NCBI GenBank assembly: GCA_964247055.1
Contig: OZ176053.1
Coordinates: 5,270,001 to 5,334,000, forward strand
Length of the DNA stretch: 64,000 bases
Source: Paragordius varius
Taxonomy: Eukaryota > Animalia > Nematomorpha
Reading direction: 5' to 3'
In this document: positions 24,900 to 39,700 of the stretch, one piece after another
How the letters are laid out: every line of letters begins with the position of its first letter
Position numbering within the stretch: position 1 is the first letter of the stretch
Notes under the pieces: model-generated
The model's database searches: none
What the model saw: only the letters and a program-made list of their open reading frames with translations
Told to the model about the DNA's origin: nothing
Made by a program: the position numbers and the translations under genes

Positions 24900-26050
24900 T
24901 GTTAACATATAATTTATATTTCAATTGTAATCAATATAATCATAAAAATGGAAAATGCTGGCTTTGTGATCTGTTTCCGGAAAACCGGTAGACCCATTCA
25001 AATACAAATGTCGAAAAAATATAATCATTAATGAATGCCCCGACAATAGCTTCGTTTTTTTGAAATAGGCCCCCAGTTCGGGCCCACCCCCGTGTAAGAA
25101 CATAAGGAAATGAATGATGATTCCAGGTATTTCCCTATAAAAACAAAAATTTTATCGAAATACATTTTTGTATTGGCTTCTGGGTAGGGAGCTACCCGCC
25201 TACAACTGCCCCACCATATCGAAGCGTGACTTTGAAGGCAAATTTTAGAGAACTTATGAGGCCATATGAGTTTAATAAGGGCTTGAATTACCCGTAAAAA
25301 GGCAAAAATTTAAGCAGACCGGTTTTATTAAATTACCCCTTAATTAGGCCCTTGTCCTAAAAAATGGGCTACCATAGAATGACTTTTTGGTTTTGAGGCA
25401 GTTTTTAGAAAAGTTCACGAGAGCATATATAATCAATCATGATTCAAGGTATTACCCAAATAAAGGCAAACATTTTAATAGAGCGTTTTTTTGTTCCGCC
25501 CCTAGTTAGGGGCTACCCGCGTAAAATTGCGTCACCTATCGATATGGCATGCCTTTGGAGCCAAATTTCAGAAAACCTATGAGACTAATAGGAACATATG
25601 GAATCCATGATAATTACAAATATTTCCCATATAAAGGCAAAGATTTTGCCCAACGCTTTTTAATACCTGCCCCTGGGTAATGAGCTACCCGGCAAAAACT
25701 GCGCTACTATATAGATAGTGCGTTGTTTTGGAGCTAACTTACAGATATGAGCTCATTAGCTTGAAATACGTATCTAGGTATAAATTAAGGTCAGGCGTGT
25801 TTTTATTAGCCGTCATTTGGGGCCTTTATGTCCTAAAAATACGCCATCATATAACTATCATGAGACGATGGTATCATAGCTGATTCCAAATATGCCATAT
25901 AAAGGCAAAGAATTTAACTCAGCGCTTTTTCATATAGGTCTATGGGTACGGGTCTACCGGTTTAAAACTGAGACGCCATATAAAAATGGCGTGGTTTTGG
26001 AGCTAATTTTCAAAAAACTTAAGAGGCCATACGAGTTCAGTTAAACACAT
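24900..26050. repeat. Dispersed complex repeat (copy 2, inverted relative to 1150-2150)
   Basis: Recurring subunit motifs aaaggcaaa (~25298, 25462, 25633, 25900) and g(a/g)gctaccc (~25189, 25509, 25682); reverse-complement matches to 1150-2150. Confidence 0.65.
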
Positions 26051-26386
26051 TCTGGGGAATTTATATAATAACATTCTTTTCTTTAAAATCGGACCACAAA
26101 TGATTTACTCTTTATATCCCTTGATCCCAGCTGTGTGATTACAATTTCAAAATAAAACTTTTAACCATGATTTCGCAAAACGAAAATCTTAAAATAAATT
26201 CAATTAGTTGAATATAATAGGGGACAGTTTAAATATGGTCAATTAGTAAACAATATTTGAGCCTATGCAAAAACCCGTAAAAGAATAATCAAAGGCATTC
26301 TTTTTATTAAATATGTTTTTATTATTTTTTATCTTAATTATCTCTAATTATTGCAAATTATTAAGAATTATTATCGGTGAGACTAC

Positions 26387-26416
26387 GTCACAGCGAAGCG
26401 TGACAGGGCCAGCTAG
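26387..26416 (+). mobile_element. Helitron-type 3' terminus
   Basis: Hairpin gtcac-agcgaagc-gtgac (26387-26404), then CTAG (26413-26416) followed by T. The 5' end was not identified. Confidence 0.6.
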
Positions 26417-26456
26417 TATTAAATTAAAGCAAATAAATTGAGATATAGAAAATAAT

Positions 26457-27381
26457 CGGGGCTTGGAACCGGTTCAAAAAAAGTGGAACCGGAACCGCGT
26501 TGGTTCTTAAGAATTTAAAAATAGAACCGGGCGGTTTCTGAAATTTTGGAACCGGAACCGGGGTGGTTCTTCAACAAGTGGAACCGGAACCCCGTTGGTT
26601 CTTTAAAAATTTCCCGGTTTCGGAACCGGTTCTTTACATTAGAACCGGTTCCATTTTCGGTTCCTGACTTTTGATTAAATGATTTTTTTACAAAATTATT
26701 ATAATAATAAACCAAAATATTAACAATTATATAAATTGCCAAATGTATACAGTGTAGCATAATAAATGAAACAAATTATTAAAATTTAATAGGAAAATGT
26801 ATAAGTACAAAGGTATATAATGAGTGTTAAACTAAGTATGGCATCTAAAAATTCTTTGTTTAACTTTAAAAATTATTGCTCAAGCAAATTGCTGGTCCAA
26901 CTACTTCTCTGGTCTTTCTATATAATTAAGGGTGAAAAAACTCCTTTCAAGGGAGACCAATATATACTAACATGTGTATTATAAATAAACTTGAATGACT
27001 ATTAGTTTTTTTAGAACAGCCCAATCACTCAAAATTGAGAGAGTATCGCTAATACAATATTAGGCGTTTAGTTTTAGGTTTGAAATTTGAAATATTTAAT
27101 ATGAAGTGGTACAATCAAATTTAAATAATAAATTAAAATTTTTATAATAAAAATTATATGGGAACCAGTAAGGTTCCTGAACGGTTGGAACCGGAACTGG
27201 GTTGGTTTCTAAAAATTTATAGATAGAACCGGGGTGGTTCCTGAAATTTTGGAATCGGTACCGGGGTGGTTCCCGGGGAACCGGAACCGGAACCGCGTTG
27301 GTTCCATCCCAATGGAACCGGTTCTTGTTAAAATCCCAGGAACCGGGTTCCCGTTCCATGCGGTTCCGGTTCCAAGCCCTG
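26457..27381. mobile_element. hAT-like MITE with many subterminal GGAACCGG motifs
   Basis: Termini cggggcttggaaccgg / ccggttccaagccctg; flanks aaaataat / aaaataac (7 of 8 matching, TSD-like). Confidence 0.8.
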
Positions 27382-27609
27382 AAAATAACTTTTGTTTGTA
27401 ATATTTATTCAAATTTAATTCTAATAATATTTTCAATAGTTTAAACTTGCTACATAAAATTATTGCTAACATCATATTCATATGCAAACAAATTCAAGTA
27501 CTGTAGTTTTTTCCCAATATAATTCAATTAAATATGACACCATAAATATTTAAAATCTCATATAGGCTAACAAATTTTCTACACCTTTTCCAATAAAAAT
27601 ACCGATGTT

Positions 27610-27879
27610 CAGGGGTGTTCAACACAATTGGCTTCGCTAGCCGCATTTTTCGAATAAAAAATCCAGTGGGCCGCATTTAAAAATGTACGGGCATTAACAA
27701 ATATTTTATTGGATTTAGACCCTGAAAAATAACTATAACATTTTTTGCTAGTTAATTGAATTCGGAAAGAATTTTCAGAAAATTTGTTAAAAAAATAATT
27801 CTTAGATTTCATAAAATTTTGTATTTGAAATTTTTCGCAAGCCGCAGAAACATTTTGGAGGGGCGCGTGTACACCCCTG
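27610..27879. mobile_element. hAT-like MITE
   Basis: Termini caggggtgttc / gtacacccctg; no clear TSD. Confidence 0.6.
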
Positions 27880-27892
27880 CTGTATATTAAGA

Positions 27893-28390
27893 CTTAGATA
27901 CAACACATTAATTTCAATCCTTCAATTCAAATTGGGGTCGTTGGATCCAAGCTTGTTTATGGAATCAACCATGGCAAAAGTTTGCATTTATATACCATTT
28001 AAACTGAAATATCCAAATACTTGATATTAATCATTCAGAGGTAAAACAAAAAGTAAAAATTAAGCCAACTTGACATTTGTGCTTAGGCTAAAAAAATATA
28101 AGCAAATACCACTTTTTTGTTTATAGTTAAATGTGATTTTAATGAAAAAGTAAACAACTTTAGCTTAGAATCAAATAAACACGATATTTTGCAAACATGT
28201 TGTAAAATAAAAATGGCGTCGAAGTAGTTAGATAGGGAACTTTTTTTTCAAAACTGGTTTCTTTGTATAATTTTTTATTAGGATAGAAGCATAAATTTAA
28301 ATTGGTACCGTTTCTTTCAGTAGTTTTTTAAAATATCAAGTAAATATTGCCTGGGTATTTAGATACGTCAATTTGAATCGAAATGTTTAA
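27893..28390. mobile_element. TTAA-flanked MITE family A, decayed copy
   Basis: acttagatacaacacatt ... tttagatacgtcaatttgaatcgaaatgttta; the body (aaaatggcgtcgaagtag, gatagaagcataaatttaaattgg) matches 15429-16007. Confidence 0.7.
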
Positions 28391-28520
28391 GTATTGTCCA
28401 TACTGCAACCGATTCATTATTTTGGAATTACAAATTCGCAGGAATAGGTCGCTTTCAAAACATTATAAAATAATTATGACCTTTTTGTAAAAACTGATTA
28501 ATACCAAATAAATATAAAAA

Positions 28521-28639
28521 AAAATACGACACCCGGGATTCCCAGGCGGTCACCCATCCAAGTACTAACCGGGCTTAACGTTGCTTAACTTCGGTGTTCG
28601 GAAGGGAACCGGTGTTTTCAACGTGATATGGTAGTAATA
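28521..28639 (-). rRNA. 5S rRNA gene or pseudogene, single dispersed copy
   Basis: The minus strand reads ...CCATATCACGTTGAAAACACCGGTTCCCTTCCGAACACCGAAGTTAAGCAACGTTAAGCCCGGTTAGTACTTGGATGGGTGACCGCCTGGGAATCCCGGGTGTCGTA, followed by a T-run (Pol III terminator). Length is ~119 nt. Terminal helix I is imperfect. Confidence 0.9.
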
Positions 28640-30900
28640 TGAAGATGTGTATAAAATTATTATTTTATAAAGCTCTTCATCCCAAATAATTTTAATTTAC
28701 GGGTTTAGAATTATGTGCATTCAGGTAGCCGTAAAAAATAAATTTAATTTCGATCTAATAAATTAAATAATACATAAATGTGAAAGACTCTAATTAATCA
28801 TCGGAATGTTTTTTCTAACATTTCGTTAAAAAAACTTTAAAATCATTAGTAAACTTATAAACCTGCAATCGAATTTTAAAAAATAGGGAGTATGCGAATT
28901 ATAATCTCACTTGAAATATGTGTTATAATTTTGAATAGCTTTAGTTAGGAAGATGCTTCTCATTGATAATAATAAAAGTGCATGATACCTTTTAATAAGC
29001 AAACAGGATACCTCTATCACTGAAACATCATTTATTAGTGTATAGAAGGGCAGCAGACGTCTTTTGCAGACAGTGTCGACGTGGTTCTGCTATAATCTGT
29101 TCTTGATATATCTTGATACCATGGGTTTCAAAAATGCGGCCATCCAAAATATTATGTGCAGCTTGAGAAAAATTTGGAATTTGCCCACATATACCCACAA
29201 AATTTTAGCTAAATTGATATTATTAACAAATTTCTAAATTTGTCCAATTAGTGACCATGTAGAAAAAATATTATATTTTATTTAAATTTTACAGTGCTAT
29301 TTAAATTATTTTATTGCGCATATATATTTTAAATGCGGCTGGCCGTTTTTTAGCGTAAAAAAGGCGATAGCATTTGTGGACACTGCGCTAATCCTCTACC
29401 TTATGTTAATATAAGTGATGTATGCTCTTTAACAGCCAATATTTTACATTAAAAATTTTTTTCTTATGACTAAGATGTTATTACAAAACAAACAATTGCA
29501 TCTTTTCACTATGCCTGCTGATTTCACAATATGCAACAGGTAGTCGATTCTGCCTAAATGACAGTGTAAGCTGTATTACTTAATGTAAAAAATATTTATC
29601 CCTACATTTTTGGATAAATAATATGGCCGCATAAAATTGTTAAACCACAGTTTAAGAATCTGGCTAATAACGGATAAATTAATATAATATTTTAATGAAT
29701 TACAAATTGTTTATGATTTTTTCGAAGTCTTAAATATCGACATCATACTTATTAATTTCGTGACTACAGTTTCGATGCATGCGGTTATAAATTATAGTAA
29801 AATTGATGGTCATCCATCTTTATATAAATAAATTAGTTTGTGCCTGAACATTAAAAGATGGGCACAATATGGTCAAGCCTTATAATAGGCTAAAAAGAAC
29901 TTTTTAAAAATTGAGAATACCCAAAAATTTGGTATTAAAGCTACTTAGAAAACCTATAAATCTGCATACCCGTTAAAATATAGGGACTATTTTTAATTTT
30001 CTTTGTGGTTAGGCTGCATCCGAAACCTGAATATAAAAACCGCTAAATTATTTAAATCCCAATAAATATAGGTAAATATCAAAAGGAGTTTTACAATATA
30101 TAAATTTAAAATATGTAATTGGCAGAACAAATTGATACAAATTATTACAATTATGTGTGCGTTTATATACTTTTAAAACATTCACTGACTATATTTAGCC
30201 TATTTTGATGCTTTGTTCGCTACCATCTTTGAAATAACTGCTCAAAATTGCATTGATTTTTTTGAAAACCTTAAGGTCCCCTTGAATAAAATTAGGCCCA
30301 ATATAGATTACAGTCAGACGTTCAATTTTAATCTTGGATATTCATCCATATTAAAGGAAACATATCCATTTTTATAACTATATCATAGCAAAAGGATCTA
30401 TTTTAACATATAACACACCCCAATGTTCATAGTAAATTTAAATTAATACCAAAAATAATGAGAAAAATCCGTTTGTACCCGGCATGATAATAAATAACTA
30501 TGTAAAGTCATAACCCTATATATTAGTTAATTGACTGAATTCACAGCAACATTGTACGCTCGTATAATATATATTTATTATAAAGCGTTTGAAAAGCACG
30601 TAGCTTTTATAAATCAGAAACGGTATCGGAAAAATATTTTCAAGGTTATACACGGTATTAAACAAATATTATTCTTAGCCGAACGAAAAAAAAATAAGTT
30701 TATAGACGTAATACGCCTAAATATGTATTACTAGAATTATTACATCATTGTTTATTTAGACGTTTAGGTGTAAAAAATATTTGATGCAAGATGATAATAT
30801 TGCTTACCTAGCATTACACGTTTTTTAGCAAAATCGATTGTATATAAAATTTAACATTTTTGTTTAAACGAATTATAGACAGATTCACTAAATTTTTAAC

Positions 30901-32691
30901 ATGATTCTTGCGATGCTTTGCGTTTATGCAATATTGGGATATTTTGTCTGCCCAATATCCACATCACACTTGGTTCCCGATTTACAAACAAGTAATATAA
31001 TGGCGAATGAGAATAATGTCAACAAGCGCGATAACTATGTGCTCACATTGTCGGGTTTCGCGCAACAAGCCAGTCTTATGAATAATGCTAAAAGGAGCGC
31101 TTGTTTAATCGATTATCAAGGAAATAATCAGTCTGGAGACTCTCTAATTGAATCGCACAATTTGTTGTATAGTGATCGATCACTCCCTTTACAACCTGCA
31201 ATAAAGGATGCCCTAGCTAGAGCAAGCGGAAATATTGTTCCTGACCAACATTATATGGATCAAATGGTGTCTCTGCCACATCTCAATGAAACAGTTGGAA
31301 AAAACATAACTTTATACCATGAACGTATATCTTCCTCGGCTGAAATAATTGATATTAGTGTGAATAAAGTTAACTTGACATTCGAAAAACCGTTTGACCA
31401 GTATGTATTTTATTATATTTTATTATAAACTATATATACATACATATAAACTTAAGAATTAATTATTTTTCAAAAAAGTGGCATAATATATTTTCTACAC
31501 TGCAGCTAGCTAAGGATTTTTTGGCTCTGACAAGAATATGACACCACTTGCATAAAAATATATTTTCTATTAATATTATTTGATCTGCTAGATTATCTCT
31601 TTTATCATATTGTATAAAACTAAAATGCTATTGATTAAATTGTTAGAGAAAAATATAAATGTATATAAAGTATGATTTTTTTATTAAATTATATTATACT
31701 TGCTTTTTCTCAATTTACCAATTAATAAACCCTTATATCCCATATTATCTACACTTCAATACCAGTATGAGATTTTACCCAAAAAATTTGTAAATTAACT
31801 GGTAAAAGTGGATAATAAAATTCTACTCTACGTTTTAAAAGGCTATAAATTTTATTATTATACATGGCTGTATTGGGTAGAAAAATAGTATTTTTAACAA
31901 TTGATATTTAGGGTGCTGGTATCTAAGGAGAGCACTACTAACGTCAATTATCTGGTGATGACGGAACTAAGCTCTGATGTAAGAATTGGTAGGGTCAATG
32001 ATTCGAATCTTGATGTCGATATATATGTCAAAAGTCTTAGCAATAACGATTATGATTTGGTTCTTTTGGTGCCGAACAAAGAACAAATAAATGACACAAA
32101 GGTGCTTATGAATAAATTGGAAGAATTGTTAAATGAAAAATCTAAAAACTATATTGAAGGATACAGGAATGCCTCACATTCTACGCAACCTATGAATTTT
32201 AGTATGCCAGTAATGGATTATGTATCCATTCACAACACTTATAAACAGATTGGTAAAAATGTGGTCAGTTGTTTAAAGTATATAATTTTATATTTAATAT
32301 TGATTTAATTTTTACTATTACTTAAATGCTCCAAATAAACTATATTTTTTAACAAAGATCAAAATTGTAAACCATAAGCTCTTGAATTTTTGATATTTAT
32401 ATTTATAATCAATATCATCAATATTTTAGAAGTCTAGATAATTTATATGAAAATTCAACAGTGAAATTGAGCCATTTGTTACAAATTACTCGTGTGTCAA
32501 CCCATGTTACTCATGAATCAGGAGAATATTATACAATACCGGTTGGTATCGAAATTTCGCAGCCTTACATCTATTTAGTGATTAACAAAAGGAATGAAAG
32601 AATTGTAATGAGAGGTCGTTATATGCATGCCCCCAAAAATGAATTAAAACTTTTGAAAAACACTCATGATGAGCATTATGAAAAAAAATAA
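30901..32691 (+). CDS. Divergent secreted serpin, paralogue 2 (exons 30901-31400, 31912-32277, 32430-32691)
   Basis: Signal-like MILAMLCVYAILGYFVC; SHNLLYS, IDISVNKVNLTFEKPFD, YDLVLLVP, MNFSMP, KLSHLLQITRV, SQPYIYLVINKRNERIVMRGRY. Two phase-2 GT-AG introns keep the frame and sit at the same positions as in paralogue 1. Confidence 0.82.
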
Positions 32692-33492
32692 TATTATGGA
32701 GTAGCTTTTTTTATTATAGCAATGATCAAACATTATGTGATTAATTATAATTAATGAACATCTATCGTGCTATATAAAATAATAAATACATTTTGGGCAA
32801 AATGATCCGATTATGTTCATGTTTTATTTTAATATGATTAAAAACCTTTATAATAAGCCATCCACATCCGTAATGTTTAATCAAAATAAAAGTATTTTAA
32901 TTGTTGCAAATGAATTTGGATACATAATAAGATTATCATTGTTTATAAGGGGGTTCGACATTAGATAGTGGTACACTCTTGAGGGAATTTTTCCGAATAT
33001 TTTGGATTTTATTTCTATTATATTTACTTTCATTTTGAGATTTTTTCGTTATTGTGTTTTTTAACCATAAAATATAGGGTTCTATTGAGTAATTAGTAAT
33101 AAAAGAGTATGTGTGTCTTTTCGCCCTTCGACAAATTCGATTAAAATGAACATGTGAATAAGGCAGTTTAGCGACTATGCAGATATGAATTTACTCATAA
33201 CACAATTTTCTATCTATCTAATTTTAGGAATTACGCATGTTAATTGGGTCAAAAAAATGTTAACATCAACGTCCAAATATTGAGTACAAAAATAGACCTG
33301 GCATTAAGATAACAATTTAGAATTTTTAAATAAAACGAATAAATTCTCTTAATATTAAATCGAGAAATTCTATAATACCGCGAAAAAATACTAACAAAAT
33401 GTCAATATCGGTTTATTCATTATACAATGGATATTAATATAACAAAATATTAAACATAACTAAATTAAAATCATTTATTTAAAATTTTAAAA

Positions 33493-33668
33493 TTAATGAT
33501 GATGCCTGTGTCTTTTCCGTTTTTTATCTTTGTGAGATTTGTGGTCAGATTTAGGATCTGATGTTTTATGATATTTGTCGTTTAAATTTTTGAATAATTT
33601 TAAATCATTTTCAGATGTTCGGTTTTGCACAGATGTTTTAGGTACAAATACTGGCTTAAACGCTAAAG

Positions 33669-33712
<44 letters not shown>

Positions 33713-36700
33713 AAACTAAGGTTAATAAACGCACAAATTAATGTAAGTTCATTTACACAAAACATATGAGTGATCAAATTTAACTAAAAATTTGGAATTG
33801 TAGGAAACTTTTGTATAATATGAGAAAATAAAATTAATTGATTAATATGACAAATAAATAAAGTGATGGCTTCCCTTTTTTGATAACACACATGGGCTAA
33901 TTATAATCAACCAAAAACTAAAATAGATTGCGATACATCATTTAAAAAATCGGAAATCAAAAACAATTATATCACATTCAACTTACATAAAGCATGATGA
34001 ATAATGTAAAATCATTTAAGAATAAACTTAGCAGATAAAAATAATTTAATAACACCGAGATAATGAGGCAAATACATATTTAACGAATTTCATTGACAAA
34101 AACAATGTTAAATAATCATGAAGCCGAATAAGTACACCAGAGTCTTCAAACAAACTGACGAAAATTTATAATTTTTGATATAAATATATTAAACACTTTG
34201 TAAAAAAGCAGCCCAAATTTCCAAATCAAAATGAGACAATTATAAAACTAGACAACAAATTTTTCTGCCACTCGAGTTTTTTGCATTTTCTAATAACTAA
34301 TTTTAACAGTAAATCTGAAATAAAAATTATTACTCATTTGGTTTTTTTAATTATGCGCCCTCTTTATCAAAATTCTTCTAAAAAATCTTTTTTCATTGAA
34401 AATATACAACAAATGCTCCTTTGTAATATATCATTCGAAAGAGTAATTAAAACTCTATAAAATGCATATTAATATGTTCGATCGATATTGGGCCAAGGAA
34501 GCGGCAAACCCGCGAAGCGAGAGCGTTTTTCTTAATTTATATATTTTTAAAACTAATGGATGAAAATAGCTCAAACTTTGTCCAGACAGGAGTAAAAATT
34601 CAAAAGATAACACAAGTTTGATTAAATACTTATTTATTGCTTTTATGTCATTCAAAACAGTTTTTTTTAAGTTTTTTGTTTTTTCACCATCTCATCAATA
34701 TTAATTTATTTTTTTAGGGTGCTTATAATTTCGAAATTTCAAAGATTAAAAACAAAGTTTAAGGTATTTTCTTAAAGATTATGTAATAAATTTACAATTA
34801 TAACTATGCATTTTAGTATCCACTAAAAATAATTTTGATAATAATTTTTATTAAAAAAGCAATTGAAAAGCTTTTTCAAAGATTTTTTTTAATTTTTTAC
34901 AAATGTAACCCTAATATTTATATTAAAATAATTTATATGAGTTAAATTAGTTGTGAAAAGTTTTGACCTATTTAAGGGTTGAAAATTATGACCATATAAA
35001 CACAAATAACTTTTACACTAGATTGATTTAAATGACCAACTACCGTTTGAAAAATACGGTTTTACACGCTCTTTCAAATGTTATAAAATACATGGCTTCA
35101 TATCGAAAACTTTTAATTTTCAAAATTTCAAGTTTAATGTTACATCAGGGCCAAAAATTATTGATTAACCCTAATAAAAATTCGGTGTTAGACTAATTTT
35201 TTCCAGATATACTATTTATGTATTTTAATGAAATAAAGTTTTAACTTACAAAAATGGCAGTTTTAAAAAGTCAATATTTGTTGTCTAGTGTAATTGATAT
35301 GTCTGAACACACTATTATAAGCAAAGATTATTTATATATAATTAAAAGAACCGTATTGTTGGGATTCGTTTGATTTTTGACTGGTTTCGGCTTCAATTTC
35401 AAATTGGCTGTTTTTTAACATGTCTGAAATATATCCTTGTATCATTTTCGCTAAAATTATACATATTATTTGACATAACGAAATTTTCCATTCCTCAAAT
35501 ATTTCGATGCGTAATTTAATCTAGAATTATTTTTTTAAGTTATGGTTAAAAAATACAGGTAAAAATTTCAAACTTTTATGCGATTTATTTTCAATCTCAT
35601 TCTGATTCTCTTCTTCCATTTCCCCTTCCTCTGACATAGAATCATCAAAAATGGCTTGTAAGATGTCATCGGAAACATGGAGGGATGATTGATTATCCTA
35701 GATATTTATAAATAAACGTTTAAATTTAATCAGATGATATATATCATTTAATAAATTGTCAATATTTTTTAAAACAATTTGATAGTTTTTGTAGAAAAAA
35801 AACCGTGGGTGTAGTAGCATTGTCTGGTTCTTTTTCTTTGATATGATCAGTTAATAAACTTTTATTATGAATATCATATGTATCGTCATAGGAGATTTGG
35901 GGCTCATTTGTTGAATAAGATTTCGTTGTCCCAAAACTCAATGGTAAATAATGATCAGCATGTTGAACGCTAAAATTTATATATAAAAATATATTTTTCA
36001 TACAATTTAGAAGATTTATCGGATAAGAACACGTTATTAAATTATTTTTTTGTAATCATAGACTATATTGATTGTAAAATAAAGCCGTTTACGTATTTTA
36101 ATTGCGATGCATTCAATATAATATTTAACTATATAAACAATATAATAAATTTTAATATAATTTATTAAAATGTTAAAATAACTAACGTATCAGGTGGTGG
36201 TTTTTCTGTTTTTTCTGTGCTAAGATTTTGCAGATTGTTTCGGCTTTTATTATACCAAGCAACTTCTTGACTAAATAACAAATGGTTGTTATTATAAGGC
36301 TTAAAAATGGACTGTTTATATACTGTAAAAACAGTAAGAAATATATCAGTAAAATGATTTACAAATGCAAATAGGTTAAAAATCTAATTACAAATTAATA
36401 GGGTGATTCAAGCAGAGACTAGAAAAAATACATGGTTCATTTAATAAAAAAATGTTGGTGACATCACCAAATTTAAATGCATTTAAAACTAAAAACAATT
36501 TACTATTTATGTTCATCAATTGCAAATGTGTTCGATCATGTTAAACACATAGCAATTGTCCACACTTTGACAATGTGAGTATATCGTTGCACGCAAAAAA
36601 AACAAAAGATGCGATCTTCATTATATTATAATTGGAAAGATTGGTAAAACAAATAATGAAGATACTGGTAAAAATGGAGACGACGTTTAAACTTGTAATG

Positions 36701-39700
36701 TAATTTTATTATAAATACTTATATCAAATTATTCTTAATCCAATATGGACTAAAATGCTGAATGTATTTAATCAGCCATTTAATTGAAAAAAGAAATATG
36801 ATCAATCTGCTTTATTTTCCATAATCCAATCGCAAATCTCATAAATATATTATATATACCTTGATTCCTTAGTATCAGAAGCTTTTTGCGTTTGATTTGC
36901 ATCCAAGTCTTCAAAATAATCATCAGGGGCTTGGGGTCCAACATAACGAATTCCAAATCGTTTACAGATTAATAGGTGTGGCCACCATTCAATATTGGTT
37001 CGTGTGGTTAAGGGACCGAAATTATGCCCTTCAATTGCATGCTGCATCTTTTTTTCTTGCTCATTTAACTTATATAATTTTAAATATTATATACCATTTA
37101 CTATTCAAATTCATCCTTGAACAAATTAAATTCACCCTTGAACAATTCTAATACAACCTAAAAATAAATTATGTGTTTTCGGGTAAATATGACTCATTAT
37201 TAATATGAAATGTATCTTTATGGCTTAATTTTTTTCAGTATTATTATAATTTAAAACAAAATTTCATTGTTTAAAAATATAAAAAATATAGGTAATTTTT
37301 AATCTAAAAAATACATAATTTATTTTAGGGTGAATTTAAATCGTTCAAGAGTGAATTTGAAGTGTAAATGGTATATGTTAAATAATTTAATACTTCTTTA
37401 TATTGTTTCTGGGTAAAAATAATGCACCACCATAAATAATATTTCGTCATACCAAATATTATAAAAACCCAATCATATGTAAGCGTTTTACCAGTTTACA
37501 GATTAGACAAAGAAACCGTTTTTCGCAAACCAATATCAAGAATTTTAAAAACATTTTTTATTTATTTCACCATATTTGTTTTTTAATATTTCAGTGAAAT
37601 ATTCTGGTATGTTTAAACTTTTCAAAAAAGTAACAGACAATAAAAGTTAGCTATTATTTTATAGCTCATATCATTGAAATAATTAGGTTTATCCCAAAAT
37701 CCTACTAAATTCACAATTAAATATCCAAAAAAATTAAACCCAATAACCGAAACTAAAACACTTAAGGGTTTCTGAAAACATACATTAAAATATTCCGTGA
37801 TAATACAAAGTTACCTCTTGAACATTAACTTGTTGATGTTCCAAACTAACACCTTTGGATACAAATCGTTTTTGTAATATGGAAGCAATGTTTGCATTAT
37901 GCATAGATTTTCCCTCTGAACGAGCCTTACTGTCCTTAACATTAATATCATCCGTGTCGGAGAGTTTCAATAAAGAAACATCCGTTATTCGAATAAGATT
38001 GAGAAACTCTTGTCGTTCTTTATCGACTTCCCATTCGGTTAAACCACCATAATATATACCGTTGAATAGGGATTCTAGATTAAAAATTGACATTATAAAT
38101 ATATGCTGTTAAATGGCTTACTAAAAATAGATATCATATCGGATAAGAATTATGGCCACTATAATAAATTGAAGAATATAAATTATTTTCGACACGTGAA
38201 TAGTATAAAAATATGGAAATTTATTTAAAACGTATCATAGAATAAATAAAATTCGAACGGTTTCGGACATTTTAACGTGTGTCCGTCCTCAGCATAAAAA
38301 AAAAATAAAAATTATATAAAAATTAGGATGGATAAAATGGTGCTTTATATACAATTTTTAAAAACGTTTATTGTTGTTTCTTTTCTCGTAACAAATGATA
38401 AGTTAAAACCATTTGTCATTGAGAGTGGTTTAAACCATGTCAACAAACAATTAAATTTATAAACATATACTAAAAAAAAAAAAAAAAAAAAAAAAAAACA
38501 CAAAGAACAACTTTGAGTGGAAAACAAAAGAGTCCATATGGATAATTTCCCCCATTCTAGCTGATCTTTTTATGGAAACATTTGAAAATCAATTTATATT
38601 AAATTATTTTTTAAAACCAAAATTTTATACCCGGTATGTGGACGATATGTTTATCATTTGGCCACATACAAGAACTGATCTCTCCTTATTTTTAGATTAT
38701 ATAAATTCGAATCCTTTTAACATACGTTTAACCGTCGAATTTGAGGCTAACCGATCACTACCATTTTTAGATGTTTTAATTACTCGAAATGACACAACAT
38801 TGTCATACAGTTTTTATCAAAAACCCACTCATTCCAATACCTATTTACATAAAAGTTCTTACCACAACTCGTTACAAAAAAAGAATGTTTTAAAAAATCA
38901 AATCTTTCGCCGGCTTAAACTGACAGATAATGCAAATAAGAATATTATAACAGAGCGTTTTGTGGAAACCTTTTTAAAAAATGGATATTCTGCAAACGAT
39001 ATCCATCGAGCAATTTTATCACTAAATAATACCAAAGAAAACACAAAAAATTATAAGTTTTTTATTTCATTACCATATATACAGAACATCACCGATCGCA
39101 TAGCTCACACTTTAAAGCAATTTGACATTGGTGTGGGGTTTAAACCAGGTCTTAAATTAAAAACTTTTTTATCAAATAATAATAAATCCAAATTAAATTA
39201 TCCAGGGGTGTATAAAGTTCCATGCGAGTGTGGCAGGGTATATATCGGCCAAACCGCAAGGAAAGTTAAAACACGCCTGAATGAACACAAGTATAACATA
39301 AAGAATGGAGATTTTAAGAGTTGTATTGCGGAACATTGTTGGAAGGAAAATCATAATGTTTCCTTTGACAATGTCAGTTGCATTACAATTTTCAATAATA
39401 ATCAAAGGCTTACGCGGGAATCATTAGAGATTCTCAAAGGAAACAACTTTAACCGAGAGGAGGGACAAAAGATGAGTGATATATGGAAAGTCATTCTTGA
39501 TGATTGAATCCATATGGACTCTTTTGTTTTCCACTCAAAGTTGTTCTTTGTGTTTTTTTTTTTTTTTTTTTTTTTAGTATATGTTTATAAATTTAATTGT
39601 TTGTTGACATGGTTTAAACCACTCTCAATGACAAATGGTTTTAACTTATCATTTGTTACGAGAAAAGAAACAACAATAAACGTTTTTAAAAATTGTATAT

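Noticed and set aside
26515-27487. ORFs rich in GT/EP/VP dipeptides
   Set aside because: They arise from the GGAACCGG subterminal motifs of a MITE.
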